Shown piece after piece: positions 31,563 through 33,143 of a stretch of DNA of 33,143 nt (its first letter is position 1; each line of letters begins with the position of its first letter). The notes beneath the pieces were generated by a model. The model searched no databases and was not told where the DNA came from. It was given only the letters and a program-made list of their open reading frames with translations. Source of the stretch: Acetobacteraceae bacterium (GTDB lineage: Bacteria; Pseudomonadota; Alphaproteobacteria; Acetobacterales; Acetobacteraceae); assembly GCA_019237355.1 (NCBI GenBank), contig JAFAHH010000225.1, positions 1 through 33,143 on the forward strand. Direction: 5' to 3'. The position numbers and the translations under genes are program-made.

Positions 31563-33121
31563 GTGGCGATGACCGTACCAGCCAATCATATCGGAGTTAT
31601 TGACCGAACGCCCTGCCCTTCCTTTGAGCGGGGTCACCAGGTTCTGAAATCGTGGTACGCGGCAGTAGCTTTATTGGCTTACGTTGTAGGCCTTCTCAGC
31701 TTGCTAACTGTCCGGTACTTCGATCCAGACGAATTCGAGCACGTGCAGTTTTCATGGATGATCAGCCAGGGCTTGGTGCCGTACAAAGACTTCTTTGAAA
31801 GTCACACGCCACTAACCCATTTCCTGCTTTCTTGACTTTTTGGGCATTCGATGGGCGTCATGGCCTTGCCGCCTGGCGTCTGCTGATAATCGCATGTGCC
31901 TCACCTGCATAGTTGGCGTGCTTGCTGCGGCCATGCTTTACATACTGGCGATCCTTGCCGTTTGTCTGTTGCTCAGCAACAGCTTCTTCTTGGACAGGTG
32001 GTCGAGATTCGCCCGGACCAGCTCGCCATGCTGGGTATCATTGCCGGCAGTTACGCCCTCCTGAGGGCGATCGACAGCATTTTCCTCGACCAAATCCGCC
32101 TGCGTTTGGATGACTATTGCGGGTTAGCGGGTAAACGGCCCCAGAGTCGCTTCGCCAGTACGATGACGAGGGCAGCGCCCGCAACCCCGCACGCAACCAA
32201 GAGAGTGACACCGCGAAGACCGATCGCTCTTAATAGCGATGCCGATGAAGGCTGCCGCCAGCCCGGGGAGCGCAAAGAGACACTTCTGAGTAGACATAAG
32301 ACTCACTCCCGCTGCTACCGATCCTGCTATTCTTCTACGATCACGGAGCACTCAGTAATTTTTCTCAGAGCAATCTCACAGGGACTGCCAAATGGCCGCG
32401 ACATCCCGGAGCCGCGCTACTCTGGACGACGATCTCCCTAACTCATAACACATTATTCGTTTTGGCCTCATTCGCTGGGTTCATATTATTTTTCATTGCC
32501 TCGCCCGGTCCGCAGAAGGCTCGGTCTTCTCTGATTGCTATCCCACTGTAGACGCTAGGGTTGGTATCGTAATAATGCCCGTTGGTCAGCGGCAATATTT
32601 TCTTCTGGTGCTGCCGTTTGCGGCGGCTTTAGGAGGAGTCGCTTTGACCCAATTCATGGATTTTGTGGGCACTCGCTTTCAATCTGCGCCATTATCTACT
32701 GCATGCTTGGCTGGGTTGCTGCTCGCTTACAACGGCCTGGCACTTTATCGACGCCTATCGAGGGTGGTCCCCAGACTGGGGCCAGGAAGAGTTGGAAGAT
32801 GCGAGACCTGACGCTGTGCGGCAGAAGCTTAATTATGTCCTCGAGGCAACGCCGCCCGAAGCGACGGTTCTGAATGGCTGGTCTAGCGGAGGCGCTTTCC
32901 GGAAGCCTGCCTTCTTTTTCATACATCGCGAGGCAAAAGAGATCATGCGTGAGGCGGATTATCAACGGCTAGCAGCGGTATTGGCAGAGAGATCCATCCA
33001 ACCAGAACTCATTGACTACGATGGCGAGTTACACAGGATGCCGGTCAACATACAGCAGGAGATTGGAAAGAACTACACACTCACCGGGGTTGGAACCCTA
33101 TGGCGGCTCAAGCGGGGCTGA
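31563..33121 (+). pseudogene. Disrupted GT-C fold (PMT_2/ArnT-like) membrane glycosyltransferase with multiple frameshifts and stops
   Basis: Recognisable pieces lie in shifting frames. Frame 0, 31563-31835: ...RYFDPDEFEHVQFSWMISQGLVPYKDFFESHTPLTHFLLS*. Frame 2: FWAFDGRHGLAAWRLLIIACAS. Frame 1: IVGVLAAAMLYILAILAVCLLLSNSFFL. Frame 0: GQVVEIRPDQLAMLGIIAGSYALLRA. Later pieces are AALLWTTISLTHNTLFVLASFAGFILFFIASPGP and RQYFLLVLPFAAALGGVAL. The C-terminal soluble part runs to 33121. The total span (~520 codons) fits one GT-C gene. GC is about 50-55%. Confidence 0.55.
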
Positions 33122-33143
33122 AAACTCGCTCAACATCAAACTT

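Noticed and set aside
31273-31603. ORFs 31273-31539 (-) and 31394-31603 (+) in the wza/GT-C spacer
   Set aside because: They have no SD, no motifs and mixed composition. They could be further debris of degraded genes, but nothing is recognisable.
1-33143. tRNA, rRNA, integrase, transposase, phage or toxin-antitoxin genes
   Set aside because: A visual scan of intergenic regions and ORF translations found no cloverleaf-like candidates and no recombinase, transposase or TA-type proteins. The absence is by eye only and should be confirmed with tRNAscan-SE, Infernal and HMM searches.

Overview
This is a high-GC alphaproteobacterial chromosomal window. Core genes run about 62-67% GC. Gene content and order look Hyphomicrobiales/Rhizobiales-like, but the taxon cannot be proven from the sequence alone. 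All calls come from reading the ORF translations and the DNA; no database search was possible.

Left two thirds (mostly housekeeping):
- 3' end of a Qor-type oxidoreductase
- a slightly lower-GC islet: erythromycin-esterase-family gene, GH16 glucanase, cupin, DUF3429 membrane protein
- lapA-like, pyrF and trpF
- an XRE regulator
- a PHB cluster: phaR divergent from a small ORF, a class-III-like phaC, phaA and phaB
- two general-stress-type genes (YghA-like SDR and a YciE/YciF ferritin-like protein)
- putA, a conserved hypothetical and an alpha/beta hydrolase
- a ppiD-trpE-tonB-like operon

Right third (23.9-33.1 kb): a patchy lower-GC exopolysaccharide locus.
- a GT4 glycosyltransferase
- a Wzc-like co-polymerase whose kinase domain lacks the Walker A lysine and the Tyr tail
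- a standalone AAA+ ATPase
- a 440-aa outer-membrane barrel, divergent from a short Wza-like lipoprotein
- a heavily frameshifted GT-C glycosyltransferase relic

Most unusual signals:
1. A modular family of CTAG-terminated nested palindromic repeats (REP/MITE-like) occupies about 9 intergenic sites. One 107-nt composite is present twice with only 2 mismatches, and several copies supply gene stop codons.
2. The non-canonical EPS export module (apparent pseudokinase plus orphan AAA+ ATPase).
3. A class-III-type PhaC with a 118-aa upstream partner ORF inside the phaR/phaAB cluster.
4. A roughly 30-aa relic resembling the N-terminal helical motif of RM/BREX-type DNA methyltransferases, just downstream of putA.

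I saw no rRNA, tRNA, CRISPR array, integrase or transposase gene.
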